From positions 124,001-188,000 of the IMG/VR virus record IMGVR_UViG_3300046810_000338: a stretch of DNA of 64,000 nucleotides, one strand, 5' to 3'. Both the position numbers and the translations under genes were made by a program. The first letter of the stretch is position 1. Each line of letters opens with the position of its first letter. The notes under the pieces were generated by a model, which was not told the origin of the DNA, made no database searches, and saw only the letters and a list, made by a program, of their open reading frames with translations. This document shows positions 36,609 to 46,295 of this stretch, piece by piece.

Positions 36609-37067
36609 ATGAGTGATCCCGAAATGTCAGCACTTTTAAGCGCACTATATCGTTTGCTGATGCCGCTTATCCGGGAATGGTGGAAGAAAAGTAACTGGTC
36701 GGCACATAGCATCCAGAACCTAAAAGAAATCCACTATATTTTTATTGCCGGATTGATTCAGTTTTCGGTGTTTCTCTACGTGGTTGACCATGGGTTAACC
36801 ATGTACCTCTATTACTCCGATATGGCCCACAAGGCTGCGTTGGCTGCCAGTGGCGTTGAGCCATTGATTGCATCTAACAAGACCTTGACCGACCGTAACG
36901 ACCGTTTGGAGGAACAAGTAAAATCCGCCAATGAGTTGATTGCTGAACTCATTCGTAATAACCCAAGTCTTGCCCCTAAGAGATCGCCGTCGGACACTTC
37001 TGTGACCGACTCTGCCGATACCTCTGGACGGTTGGACGCTTTGAAACAACGGTACAAGGGGGAATAA
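36609..37067 (+). CDS. Single-TM membrane protein with C-terminal coiled coil
   Basis: Amphipathic N-terminal helix, TM segment YIFIAGLIQFSVFLYVV, then coiled coil. Confidence 0.6.
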   Translation: MSDPEMSALLSALYRLLMPLIREWWKKSNWSAHSIQNLKEIHYIFIAGLIQFSVFLYVVDHGLTMYLYYSDMAHKAALAASGVEPLIASNKTLTDRNDRLEEQVKSANELIAELIRNNPSLAPKRSPSDTSVTDSADTSGRLDALKQRYKGE

Positions 37068-37068
37068 G

Positions 37069-37530
37069 ATGGGCAGATATTGGATACCTTTGCTTGGGGT
37101 TGCTTCCGCGATTGTCATGGGCGGTTTGGCCATGACAGTCCTGGACAAGCTGTCAGCCATTATGGCGTCGGTTGAGAGTCGATCATCTGTGGTCTGCGTG
37201 GTGGGTAGCACCTGCCTCAAGTTTCACCACGAGAGCGAGCTGATCCTGCCACCGATCGACACCAAAGGCTGTGCGCCTTACAAGCTGCCAGAAATGGCCC
37301 AGCTGCCTAATCCTGACATCATCAGGATTCCTCCTGGTGCTAGCGAGCCTACCATCAACAAGATCCTGCTCGAATACATCGATAAGGTCATGGACAATGA
37401 CCGCATTGGTCGTGCCATGTTGATGCAGAATTACCAGACTTACCTGTTGGGTTGCAGTCCTCCGGCGCCGACTACGCCTCCGGTAACCCCCGCTCCTGTC
37501 ACTCCTCCTTCACCCCCTACTACTCGGTAA
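37069..37530 (+). CDS. N-anchored/secreted Pro- and Cys-containing protein
   Basis: N-terminal G/A/S-rich hydrophobic helix, four Cys, Pro/Thr-rich tail. Confidence 0.55.
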   Translation: MGRYWIPLLGVASAIVMGGLAMTVLDKLSAIMASVESRSSVVCVVGSTCLKFHHESELILPPIDTKGCAPYKLPEMAQLPNPDIIRIPPGASEPTINKILLEYIDKVMDNDRIGRAMLMQNYQTYLLGCSPPAPTTPPVTPAPVTPPSPPTTR

Positions 37531-37560
37531 TATGTGGTAGTGAGTAATAAGGACTGAGTC

Positions 37561-39342
37561 ATGAGCGATCTTCCATTTGACGTGGCGTCACCGATCAGTA
37601 ATGGTGGCCGCGGTTTCTCCAAAGAGTTCATCGAGAGCATCGGTGGTCAAGAGGTCGATCAATCGACGCTCAATGCCACCGATGCGGGTGTGCAACCCCG
37701 ATTCGTTCACATTGCTTCGTTGCCGATAGTGACCTCGTTGAAGGTGGACGCTATTTTTACCGAAGAACCACCGAGCAAGAAAGGTAAGGCAAAAAAAGAA
37801 GCGGTGCCCGAAGAGGAACCCTTCAACGAATTCGCCTGCTTTTATATCAACGAAGCTTCTGATCCAAACAGCCACGATTATGCGGTTGGGGTTCATGGCT
37901 ACGTATCGTCCCAGCTGGTGGCCAAGCGAGGCTATGGGTTGAAGAAGATTATCCCGACTCCTCAGGGATACTCAGACACCTCCACTGACCCTCTCAAGGT
38001 CATCGCCGAGGTCATTGATATTCGCATCCCGCTGTATAAAGAGTCCGACAGGCTCACAGTGGGTAACCTGTTGGCGGCAGGGATGAATGCCACGTTGCAG
38101 TTGGTTGCACAGATGGAGGACATTCCAAAGTCCATTCACCTGATGTTGCCTCGCAAGAACCTGGTGGCCTTTTTCACCAAAGGCTACATCAAGGCAGTCG
38201 AAAACGACTACAAGGACGCCAAAGGTAATCCCATTCCTTTCAAGGAAGGTTTGATCGAATACCTGAGACTGTCTGAGGTGCTCACAGGGAAGGGTTCTAC
38301 GGTAACCCTAGGCCATGTGGCGGCGGATGCTCCAATGGGCTTCCACGAGTCTCTGGCGAACGCTAACGACGGTCTTATGGCCAGCGTTAAGTGTCATTCA
38401 GGGGAGGCCGAATCCCACTGTCTGATCTCTGCACCAGAAGGGTACTGGAACCACGAGCACGGCAGGCATCCTTTGCTGGGCAAGTCTCGTATGGTCTTTC
38501 GTATGCAGGGCGGGGAACCGGTCTGGGGTGAGCACGTCTACCTCATGGACTTTGAACCCACCTCCAAGAAGAAAGAGCAGTTGCACAAGTTGGAGATTGA
38601 GGTGGGACAACTCCTGCCTTCTGCTTCTTACTGTGTGGCCAAGATTGCTAACCTCGATCCCATTATCCATGAGATCGCGGATGAGCATGCCAAGTACCTG
38701 GATACCAAGGTAGGCCGAATGGCGGTGATGTTCCTGGATGCTGTGTTTAAGCCAGGGGCGCATTCGGTAATGACCAAGGTAGGTGCGCGCTTCTTGCACA
38801 GTCGTACCGTGGTAACGGATTTGGTGGACAGCTATGGGTCTATGTTCACGCACGACCTTAACCCTGTTCGCCGAGCTGATCGGGCGTGGGACACCTACTT
38901 GGAGATGGGTGGCCTGGTGAAAGAGTTTCTAAGCACTCTGGAACCTACCAATCCTGACGTTACTGCGTTTCAGCATGTGGCCGGTCCTTATGTGGCTACT
39001 CGTATTACCGACAGCTTCTTCTCGGCGATCGAGGGCGCTAAAGGAAAGGTTGAGTACAAGCCTTCTAAATTGGTAGAGACACCTGCTACCAGTGTCCGAG
39101 TAAAAGGATTCTACTTGGATGAAGCGCTGACGATGCAGCAGTCAGAAGTTAACCTGTCTATTGGCGTGGACATGCCAAAGCGAAATGTAATAGCCGGGCT
39201 AGCCAGCGAAGCTGCCCAAGCGTATATCCTGCTCAGACAGGACACTGCCTTCACTGTGCGACACTTTGTCGTGGTCACGAACGGGGATGAGTACGGTATC
39301 TGGACAGCCCCATTTGCCAATCGAACCTTTGTTAAAAAATAG
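37561..39342 (+). CDS. RNase H-family protein (phiKZ gp155-like), apparently lacking catalytic residues
   Basis: FYINEASDPNSHDYAVGVHGY aligns with the recalled YTDG...PNPG..GWG.HGY. TLGHVAA aligns with WVKGH. The C-terminal YGIWTAPFAN and the position next to the uvsX block fit. Confidence 0.6.
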   Translation: MSDLPFDVASPISNGGRGFSKEFIESIGGQEVDQSTLNATDAGVQPRFVHIASLPIVTSLKVDAIFTEEPPSKKGKAKKEAVPEEEPFNEFACFYINEASDPNSHDYAVGVHGYVSSQLVAKRGYGLKKIIPTPQGYSDTSTDPLKVIAEVIDIRIPLYKESDRLTVGNLLAAGMNATLQLVAQMEDIPKSIHLMLPRKNLVAFFTKGYIKAVENDYKDAKGNPIPFKEGLIEYLRLSEVLTGKGSTVTLGHVAADAPMGFHESLANANDGLMASVKCHSGEAESHCLISAPEGYWNHEHGRHPLLGKSRMVFRMQGGEPVWGEHVYLMDFEPTSKKKEQLHKLEIEVGQLLPSASYCVAKIANLDPIIHEIADEHAKYLDTKVGRMAVMFLDAVFKPGAHSVMTKVGARFLHSRTVVTDLVDSYGSMFTHDLNPVRRADRAWDTYLEMGGLVKEFLSTLEPTNPDVTAFQHVAGPYVATRITDSFFSAIEGAKGKVEYKPSKLVETPATSVRVKGFYLDEALTMQQSEVNLSIGVDMPKRNVIAGLASEAAQAYILLRQDTAFTVRHFVVVTNGDEYGIWTAPFANRTFVKK

Positions 39343-39355
39343 CAGGTAACTCCCA

Positions 39356-39721
39356 ATGGCTACTGAGACCCTATGGACTAAATTATTGCGACTGATCGTC
39401 CCTAAAGGCGTGAAACGTACTCTGGTTCTTATTACGGTGTTCTGTGAGCTGGAAAAGGTACGCGGCAAGGAATCGCCCAGGCTCACTAGTCTGAATGCGC
39501 AAATGCATTTGTTTGACGACGACATGATCCTTGAGCGGATGGCTGATCTCTCCAGTGTGATATTCCAGTCAGCGCCGGCCTGCCCAATTAGCCCTAACGC
39601 TTCTGTTATGGACAATTGTGCCGAGCTGCTCTGCTGGTTGCCGAATTGGTTGGCCTATGGCGATCGGGATGTCATGGTTCACGATCTGGCAGAAGTGACT
39701 GTTTCAAATTTTGACAGTTGA
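39356..39721 (+). CDS. Hypothetical protein (conserved jumbo-phage neighbourhood)
   Basis: 121 aa following the RNase H-like gene. Confidence 0.6.
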   Translation: MATETLWTKLLRLIVPKGVKRTLVLITVFCELEKVRGKESPRLTSLNAQMHLFDDDMILERMADLSSVIFQSAPACPISPNASVMDNCAELLCWLPNWLAYGDRDVMVHDLAEVTVSNFDS

Positions 39722-39724
39722 CAG

Positions 39725-39770
39725 CATAACCCCTCCCTCCGACCGTCAGGCTGGAGGGAGGGAAGTTATG
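39725..39770. terminator. Bidirectional hairpin with CATAAC/GTTATG flanks
   Basis: CCCTCCCTCC(39731-39740)/GGAGGGAGGG(39753-39762). Confidence 0.7.
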
Positions 39771-41027
39771 TCATTGCCAGTTATAGATCTTGCTGTCGTC
39801 GTCTTGAGTGAACGCCAGCACCAGTGCCTCAACCGTCAGGATACTGCATGCGATGGTATCGCTGTCGGAGCCCTGAGCCGCTGCCAATAGGTTAAGGTTG
39901 GTGATCGGATACAGATGCTCGCCGATGCGTACCGCACCTACAGCGTCCTTGGAGTAGCTGTATTCATCGGTGTCATCGGTACCTACCAACGGGTCACGCT
40001 GAAGGTGCTCGAACACCCAATCCAGATCGGACAGGGGAACCACCTCGTGGTCAGGCCAGTTCAGTTTGTCTTTGACGAAACTGTACGGGATCTTGACGCC
40101 GCCGAACGTGAAGTGTTGTTCGCTCGTCTGCACGAAAGACTCGGTGGCCATCTTGCGACTTTCAGCCAACGGCTTCTTGAGTTCGCCGACTTGATGATCA
40201 CATGCAACCACCAGCTCACGAATCAGGATACCCATTTGACCATACAGGTCAACTGCCTGACTCATGTTCAGGCAGATGCCTGACAGAATAGTAGCAGTCT
40301 GCGCCGAGAGCTTGGGCGTACTCTCATCAGTGCCCTTCTCGATGATGTCGATCACACGACCCACCTTCTCGGAGATCTCACGCACCTGTTTTACAATCTT
40401 GCTAGGATTGGTTTCCAGGTAACGAGTGGCCAACGAGTTAGCGTTGTCCCAAGTAGGCTTGATGGCCGACAGGTTAGGGTACACCGCTTGCAGGGGCAGA
40501 GAATCCACACGCCCGGTTGGATCAACGAACTTGCTCAGTGCGGCACGAGTGCCTTCGATGTCCTGTTCCTTGAAGTGCTTGAGATCGGTTACGCCAGCAG
40601 CCGAGGCCAGGGTGTCAGGACTGGCGATGCGCAGGCTCAACCAGATGCTGAAAGGCTTGAGCACTTCGTTCTCAATGTTCTCAACCTTGAGCAAGGCGTC
40701 GAACAGAGACTCGCTGTAATCGGCCAGGCCGCCCTTGAGACCACGAGGGGTGGTGATCTTGACCTGAGAGATGTCGCTGAAGCGGGCACCGGCCAGATCT
40801 TTGATAACGCTGTTGTAGGCAACCAGAGGAATCTTGGCATCGGGACGGATGCGGTTGTTGGACCAGTCGCCAATGATGTTGGCCACACCACGCAGTTTGG
40901 CATGCACAGAGGACACAACGTCGCCCACCATGCCGATCCCCAACGCGTCGGTGATGATCATCTGGTGTTTAAGTTCAAGATCGCGCATTTCAAGTACCGT
41001 CCACAATGTCGGATTAATAGGTTCCAC
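39771..41027 (-). CDS. Virion (head) protein (phiKZ gp153-like) with C-terminal extension
   Basis: 418 aa, divergent from uvsX. Helical core followed by MATE|S and an extra ~120-aa domain. Confidence 0.5.
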   Translation of the reverse strand: MEPINPTLWTVLEMRDLELKHQMIITDALGIGMVGDVVSSVHAKLRGVANIIGDWSNNRIRPDAKIPLVAYNSVIKDLAGARFSDISQVKITTPRGLKGGLADYSESLFDALLKVENIENEVLKPFSIWLSLRIASPDTLASAAGVTDLKHFKEQDIEGTRAALSKFVDPTGRVDSLPLQAVYPNLSAIKPTWDNANSLATRYLETNPSKIVKQVREISEKVGRVIDIIEKGTDESTPKLSAQTATILSGICLNMSQAVDLYGQMGILIRELVVACDHQVGELKKPLAESRKMATESFVQTSEQHFTFGGVKIPYSFVKDKLNWPDHEVVPLSDLDWVFEHLQRDPLVGTDDTDEYSYSKDAVGAVRIGEHLYPITNLNLLAAAQGSDSDTIACSILTVEALVLAFTQDDDSKIYNWQ

Positions 41028-41123
41028 TCGTAAGCGGCTATACTATTTGAATCACTTAAGCGCTACGAGACAGAGAAACGTATTAGAAAGCTATACCGCA
41101 CTTACACGAATTGGGGATAAAAG

Positions 41124-42632
41124 ATGCGTCGTGCTAAATTTGAATCATCGTCCGCAGTATTGCCCGTATTGAATACCGGTGGTATCTGGGACTTGCCTAC
41201 GGGTACTTACTTGACTGGCAAGCATGGGGAAATGATTCTCTGTGGCGGCCTGTCCTGGCTGACGGGCATCGCAGGGCCAGGCAACACCTACAAGTCGTTG
41301 ATGCTCTGGGACATGATCCTGTGTGTTCTGGAAGCCTACTTCGGTCTGGCAGAAGCAACCAGCTACGACACCGAGATGTCGCAGAAACGCAGTCGTCCTC
41401 GCAGCTTGTCTAAGGCGTCTGTATTCGAGCGCCTGCGCGAACTGCATGACATTGTCTTCGATGAGAAGTCCAACGTCGAAGGTATCTTGCAGATGACGTC
41501 TGCTCGTGAATACCTGGGCGACAAATGGTACTCCATTTTGTCCGACGCAATGGACGACAAATGGGACGAGTTTCTCAAAGAAGAGAAACGCAATGCCAAA
41601 GATCCACAAGTATGCCTGACGACCCCTTTCGTCGACGACGACGGCGTCTTTGTCAAGGCTTCTGTGCCAGATCTCTACGGCATCGACTCACTCTCCAACT
41701 TCTTGACGTCTTCCGTTGAGAAGCTGCAAGACGAACACGACATCGGTGAATCCGGTCGGAACATGGAAGTGATGCGCGGTGGCATGGCCAAGACGCAGAT
41801 GATGATGGAGCTGCCTGTTAAGACGGCCCGTGGCGGCGGCTACGTCATCATGACAGCGCATGTGGGCAAAGAGTTCCAGATGGACCCCCGCACCCCTCCA
41901 CAGAAGCAACTGGCGTTCCTCAAGCAAGGGCTCAAGTTCAAGAACGTGCCTGAGAAGTTCTCGTTCCTGGTGAACAACTGCTGGTTCTGCATGATGGCCA
42001 GCCCGCACTGGGTCAGTTCCAGCGACCGCGTGCCGATGTATCCGCGTAACAGTGATGACAAGGTCAGCGGTGATACCGATCTGATGACGGTGTTGATCTC
42101 TAACCTGCGTGGTAAATCTGGTGGCTCCGGCATGCCATTCGATGTTGTGGTTAGTCAATCCGGCGGCGTTAAGCACGGCCTGACCCAATTTGAATGGTTG
42201 AAGAAGTACAACCGTTTCGGCCTGACCGGCGATCTTCAGAAGTATGTGCTGGATCTTCTGCCAGACATTAAACTGTCGCGTACTGCCATCCGTGACAAAC
42301 TGGACAACAGCTACACTCTGCGTCGTGCAATGCATATCACCTGGGAAATGTCGTTCATCCGTACCTGCATGCAGGACTGGCCAGAGAAATGGCGTAACGT
42401 TGCTCCACAAGAGCTGTACGACGGTCTGAAGGCTAAAGGCTACGACTGGAACCAACTGCTGGAAACTCGCACCACCTGGAACTTCAACGAAGCTTCTCAT
42501 CCTCGTGAGTTCCTGTCCACTGCCGACCTTCTGAACATGTACCACGATGAGTACGTTCCTTACTGGATGAAGGAGCCACCAAAAGCCGCTGTCGCAGCCC
42601 ACCAGAAGTGGAAGGCTACGCAGCCGGCATAA
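41124..42632 (+). CDS. uvsX: RecA/UvsX-like recombinase (phiKZ gp152-like)
   Basis: LNTGGIWDLPTG, variant Walker A GIAGPGNTYKS, YDTE, Walker B-like YGIDSLS and IMTAHVG. Confidence 0.85.
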   Translation: MRRAKFESSSAVLPVLNTGGIWDLPTGTYLTGKHGEMILCGGLSWLTGIAGPGNTYKSLMLWDMILCVLEAYFGLAEATSYDTEMSQKRSRPRSLSKASVFERLRELHDIVFDEKSNVEGILQMTSAREYLGDKWYSILSDAMDDKWDEFLKEEKRNAKDPQVCLTTPFVDDDGVFVKASVPDLYGIDSLSNFLTSSVEKLQDEHDIGESGRNMEVMRGGMAKTQMMMELPVKTARGGGYVIMTAHVGKEFQMDPRTPPQKQLAFLKQGLKFKNVPEKFSFLVNNCWFCMMASPHWVSSSDRVPMYPRNSDDKVSGDTDLMTVLISNLRGKSGGSGMPFDVVVSQSGGVKHGLTQFEWLKKYNRFGLTGDLQKYVLDLLPDIKLSRTAIRDKLDNSYTLRRAMHITWEMSFIRTCMQDWPEKWRNVAPQELYDGLKAKGYDWNQLLETRTTWNFNEASHPREFLSTADLLNMYHDEYVPYWMKEPPKAAVAAHQKWKATQPA

Positions 42633-42683
42633 ATGCTATCTGTGCGGGAGTGGTCCTGTAGCCACTCCCTTGAGGCCTGAACA

Positions 42684-43031
42684 ATGAAAGCTTATCGCGA
42701 TAATATCTATGAGGTCCTGAGCACTCTGGACTCGGCAGTTGCCAGACAATGGCGACTGTCTTATTACCCACCAGTGGCTCATGCATCTCGCGCTGAAGAG
42801 ATCAAAGCTCTGATGGATTATTTCTTCCGAGCCTTCTCTCGGTTGCCGGGTGATAACACCCACGTACTCAACTGCCTCATTGCTAACGCCAACAACTGGG
42901 AATACTGGTTGCATGACTTCACCCATGTGGTGGCTGTCCAGTTCGTTAGCAATGCTCGCCACATTTTCGCTCCCACTCGCGACCTCGCTGATAACGTCAG
43001 TGAGCTTGGTCAATTGCTGGGAGCCTATTGA
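42684..43031 (+). CDS. Hypothetical protein
   Basis: 115 aa between uvsX and the RNAP fragment. Confidence 0.55.
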   Translation: MKAYRDNIYEVLSTLDSAVARQWRLSYYPPVAHASRAEEIKALMDYFFRAFSRLPGDNTHVLNCLIANANNWEYWLHDFTHVVAVQFVSNARHIFAPTRDLADNVSELGQLLGAY

Positions 43032-43043
43032 CATAGGTGCCCC

Positions 43044-43718
43044 ATGGCTGGTAATCGTAAAGTTGCTGAAAAAATCCTATTTGCAGATTACGCCTTGTAT
43101 GACCCACAGGGCGAGAATCTGAAACGCTATGCTACCTATGTGGCAGGCATGAACGATGGCCAGTTCGATGCGTTTATCAATCGACTGGGGTCAGGTGAAG
43201 AATTCCTTTACCTGAAAGTGCCTAACTTCAAAGGCAGAAGTCTGACCTTTGAACGTATCCTGGAAATCGGTGATATCGTTGGGTACAAGTTCTTCCAGCG
43301 GATCTGGATTACTGACCGGGCAACCGGTGTCACCATGCTCAGTAACCATGAGTACATGATTGTTGTTCTGCCCAACCGTCGGCAGAGTCAATCGCTCATG
43401 GGCAAGATGTCCGTGGCCAAAGATAACAGCCATGTCGATACCTTGACTGACCAGCCTACCAACGAATCCAAAACCAGTAGCCTCTCTTTTGTCGAGACCC
43501 AGGTTCTTTCCAACCAAGGGGTTGATCGGCCATTGGAAGAGTTGATGCGGGTACGGGGCGGTAACCTTAAGGCACTGGCCCGGTTTGAACAACAGTTCCT
43601 GGAAAAAGGTTCGGCCAGTCTGGACGCTCCAGGCATGGAAGTGGGCAAGGTCAAGTCCGTGCAGAACACTTCCATCTATCTCAAAGCCATGCATTTGGAT
43701 AACACTTTCAATCAGTAG
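43044..43718 (+). CDS. rpoB: Virion RNA polymerase beta subunit, C-terminal fragment (phiKZ gp149-like)
   Basis: FFQRIWITD, LPNRRQSQSLMGKMSV, DTLTDQPT..SK.SSLSFVETQVL...G and LEELMRVRGGN (beta C-terminal RLGEME-like region). Confidence 0.8.
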   Translation: MAGNRKVAEKILFADYALYDPQGENLKRYATYVAGMNDGQFDAFINRLGSGEEFLYLKVPNFKGRSLTFERILEIGDIVGYKFFQRIWITDRATGVTMLSNHEYMIVVLPNRRQSQSLMGKMSVAKDNSHVDTLTDQPTNESKTSSLSFVETQVLSNQGVDRPLEELMRVRGGNLKALARFEQQFLEKGSASLDAPGMEVGKVKSVQNTSIYLKAMHLDNTFNQ

Positions 43719-43727
43719 GAGATTGTA

Positions 43728-44333
43728 ATGGAATTGGATCGCGCTCAGGCAGCTGCGCATTACGTGGGTCAGGCACAAGAGGCTTTGGCTATTGTTCTGG
43801 CTCGCTGCGAATGGACCTATGGTCAAGACGCCGCCAAGAAAGCTGCACTGATGTTCACGCAGTTGTTCTTCGGTCACAACCTGCCGCTCTACTGCGAACC
43901 CAATGAAGTGCTGACCTTGTTTAACACGATCAGTACCACCGCCATTTCCCCAAAGGTTTGGGGTGGTGAATTCATTATGGGCCTGAGTCAGCAGTTCAAC
44001 ATGTTTGTTGAACCTGCCGTGCAGTACCCACACGTCAAGTCGCCCGCTGACCAGCAACCAAAACTGACAGAGTTGGGCTGGCACCTGGTTGCAGCCATGA
44101 CAGGCATGCATGGCGATACGCCTAAGGACGTTGATCAAGACCTGGTACACCCTTACGGTCACTACATGCTCGACGTGCCCAAGGCGTACCAGGTGACAAC
44201 GATCCTGTTCAACTTCCCTTGGATGACACCGCTCTATCTGTTGTCTCTGGCAGACCCTGCGCACATCTCGGTCATCGTCGGCCCGTATGGCTCACGAGAC
44301 ATCCCTGCCGGTTCCGAGCAAGACGGTGCGTGA
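43728..44333 (+). CDS. Hypothetical protein
   Basis: AGGAG RBS; 201 aa. Confidence 0.6.
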   Translation: MELDRAQAAAHYVGQAQEALAIVLARCEWTYGQDAAKKAALMFTQLFFGHNLPLYCEPNEVLTLFNTISTTAISPKVWGGEFIMGLSQQFNMFVEPAVQYPHVKSPADQQPKLTELGWHLVAAMTGMHGDTPKDVDQDLVHPYGHYMLDVPKAYQVTTILFNFPWMTPLYLLSLADPAHISVIVGPYGSRDIPAGSEQDGA

Positions 44334-45076
44334 ACCGTCGTAAGTTCTGCGTGTTCCTAGACGCTATTCTGGATACGCGTCTGGGAGCCATGAACACCTT
44401 CAGTCCGGATATCTCTGGTAAGCTGGTAGAGACGCCCGACTACTTCAACCGTATCGATGACAACTATGATCGGTTTGGTCCAGGCGTGACCATGATGTGG
44501 CGCAACATCTACGCAGGTCGTAATGTTGAGGTCTTGAAAAGCAGTTTCCCAACCATGATCCCTGCACTGGTAGGTTTGGAAGTTCGCTCGATCTACGCCA
44601 AAGCCATTGACCACCCAGTGCACAAAGGGGTGGACGTTGACATCAACATCTGGCCTTACAAGCTGGATGATATCGAGCAGGATGAAATCTGTCTGGCGTT
44701 GCAGTCTATGATCATTCCCGTCGACGAGTACGACGAGTATGCATTTGACACCCGGTTCAGAACGATCAGTGTTGCTCCCAAGGATTTTACCCTGGAACTG
44801 ATTCGTGAGAACTACGCCATGGTGATCATGTACGACTTTCAGGAGTGGTACGACATCCAGGCAGCGGAGATCATCAAAGGCGAGTCTACTGCGCGTCTGA
44901 CTACGATGTGTGTGCCGATGTTGTTCAAGCACACGCCCAAACGTAAGGATTTGATTGCGCAGGATGGGCAGATACAAAACCCATTCGACGATACCAAACG
45001 AATCCTCTCCCTGTACATCCAATTGGATTTCTGGGATGCACGGGTGTTTTCTCTACCGAGCCCATTCGAAGCATAA
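44330..45076 (+). CDS. Conserved jumbo-phage protein (HAD-like N-terminal motif)
   Basis: GTGA overlap start at 44330. VFLDAILDTRLG, INIWPYKL and MIMYDFQEW are recalled family motifs. Confidence 0.55.
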   Translation: MNRRKFCVFLDAILDTRLGAMNTFSPDISGKLVETPDYFNRIDDNYDRFGPGVTMMWRNIYAGRNVEVLKSSFPTMIPALVGLEVRSIYAKAIDHPVHKGVDVDINIWPYKLDDIEQDEICLALQSMIIPVDEYDEYAFDTRFRTISVAPKDFTLELIRENYAMVIMYDFQEWYDIQAAEIIKGESTARLTTMCVPMLFKHTPKRKDLIAQDGQIQNPFDDTKRILSLYIQLDFWDARVFSLPSPFEA

Positions 45077-45115
45077 GCCCTCTCCCTCTTCCCGCAAAGG
45101 AAGAGGGAGAGTATG
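45072..45115. terminator. Bidirectional hairpin with CATA/TATG flanks
   Basis: CTCTCCCTCTTCC(45080-45092)/GGAAGAGGGAGAG(45099-45111). Confidence 0.7.
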
Positions 45116-45117
45116 CC

Positions 45118-45648
45118 CTAGCTTGGATCATGTTCAAGCAGGTTGTTATTGACCCGTGCGTGCTTCTGAGCCAGGTCTTTGTAGGTTATCGTTTGAACAC
45201 CCACATCCATCTCACCAGGCACCGTTGATATCTCAGGCAGACTGGAGTCGTCGATGTGCGGCAACTCGCGTATCCCCGTACGAGCAGTAGGGTCACGCAA
45301 CAGGGGCTTGTTACCTTGCCGCCGGCTGAGTTCAACCAAAGCCTGTGCCACCAACTGTTCGCGCGCAGCAGCAGTGTTGTCGGTCTTCTGTTTCATCAGA
45401 CCAAATGAAACTTGGTCCATGTTGGACAACGTGACCAACAGCAGCTTGGCATCATCCAGATCTTTAGGGACCTTGGTGCCGTCATTGGTTAGGTTGTTGA
45501 CTATCTTGAGCCTGACCGACTGTGTAAGGGCCAAAACCCCTTCAGGTGTATCAGGCAACTTATCTGGATTCTCGTACGCCGGGATCTTGCTAGGCACGTA
45601 GGTATCCAGTTCTTCTTCTCCCATCAATTCTGTCATGATATTCTCCAC
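45118..45648 (-). CDS. Conserved hypothetical protein (phiKZ gp171-like)
   Basis: LALTQSVRLKIV, LLVTLSNMD and C-terminal VPGEMDVG are recalled family motifs. Confidence 0.5.
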   Translation of the reverse strand: MENIMTELMGEEELDTYVPSKIPAYENPDKLPDTPEGVLALTQSVRLKIVNNLTNDGTKVPKDLDDAKLLLVTLSNMDQVSFGLMKQKTDNTAAAREQLVAQALVELSRRQGNKPLLRDPTARTGIRELPHIDDSSLPEISTVPGEMDVGVQTITYKDLAQKHARVNNNLLEHDPS

Positions 45649-45660
45649 GAATATAAGGAA

Positions 45661-45688
45661 ATCTCAGACCTAAATTATCTACGTGAGA
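45661..45688 (+). promoter_or_regulatory. Putative early promoter
   Basis: TCTCA-GACC-TAAATTAT-CTACGTGAGA; differs at only 4 of 23 positions from the 21171 motif. Confidence 0.6.
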
Positions 45689-45753
45689 TAGACAAGTCTG
45701 TTATATTTCAAAGCTACTAAATATGTGTATAGGCTACTTACGACTAGGCGCAT

Positions 45754-46269
45754 GTGATGTTCAAGAAAATCTGGAGATGGATAATGGAGGAGGATGAGGA
45801 CGTAATTACCCCTCAGCCCGATCCGCTAGCAGATCGCATGACGTCGATGTTGGATGTACTTGGCCGATTTGCAAGCCTGCTAGCGCAACACCGGTGGAAA
45901 GGACGCAGGGTAACCTGGCGCACCTCCACAATAACCAGTGTCCATTCGGACATTTATAATCTAATCGATACCGTACGGAGCACCACCCATGCAGTCATGG
46001 TCAAAGGAAAACCAGAAACGACCACCCGACTCAGCCGCAGATTTGTGGACAACCTAACCACGACTACTCTCGATGGCTACCTCGTTGACGAACAAGGTAT
46101 GTCTACCGAACCGAGTGTCATTATGCAGGAGCTGATTACCGCTGTCAGGGAACTGGTCGCCAACATCAACCTGTGTAAGGAAAGCGATGCCATGAACTAT
46201 GAATGGTATCTTGCACAATGCTCAAATCTGTTTGTCGAGCTAGAGATTGTATTTAAGGCCTACCTCTAG
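45754..46269 (+). CDS. Hypothetical protein
   Basis: 171 aa downstream of the promoter motif. Confidence 0.6.
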   Translation: MMFKKIWRWIMEEDEDVITPQPDPLADRMTSMLDVLGRFASLLAQHRWKGRRVTWRTSTITSVHSDIYNLIDTVRSTTHAVMVKGKPETTTRLSRRFVDNLTTTTLDGYLVDEQGMSTEPSVIMQELITAVRELVANINLCKESDAMNYEWYLAQCSNLFVELEIVFKAYL

Positions 46270-46295
46270 TCTCCTCAAGCTGAGGGTCTTTCTGG

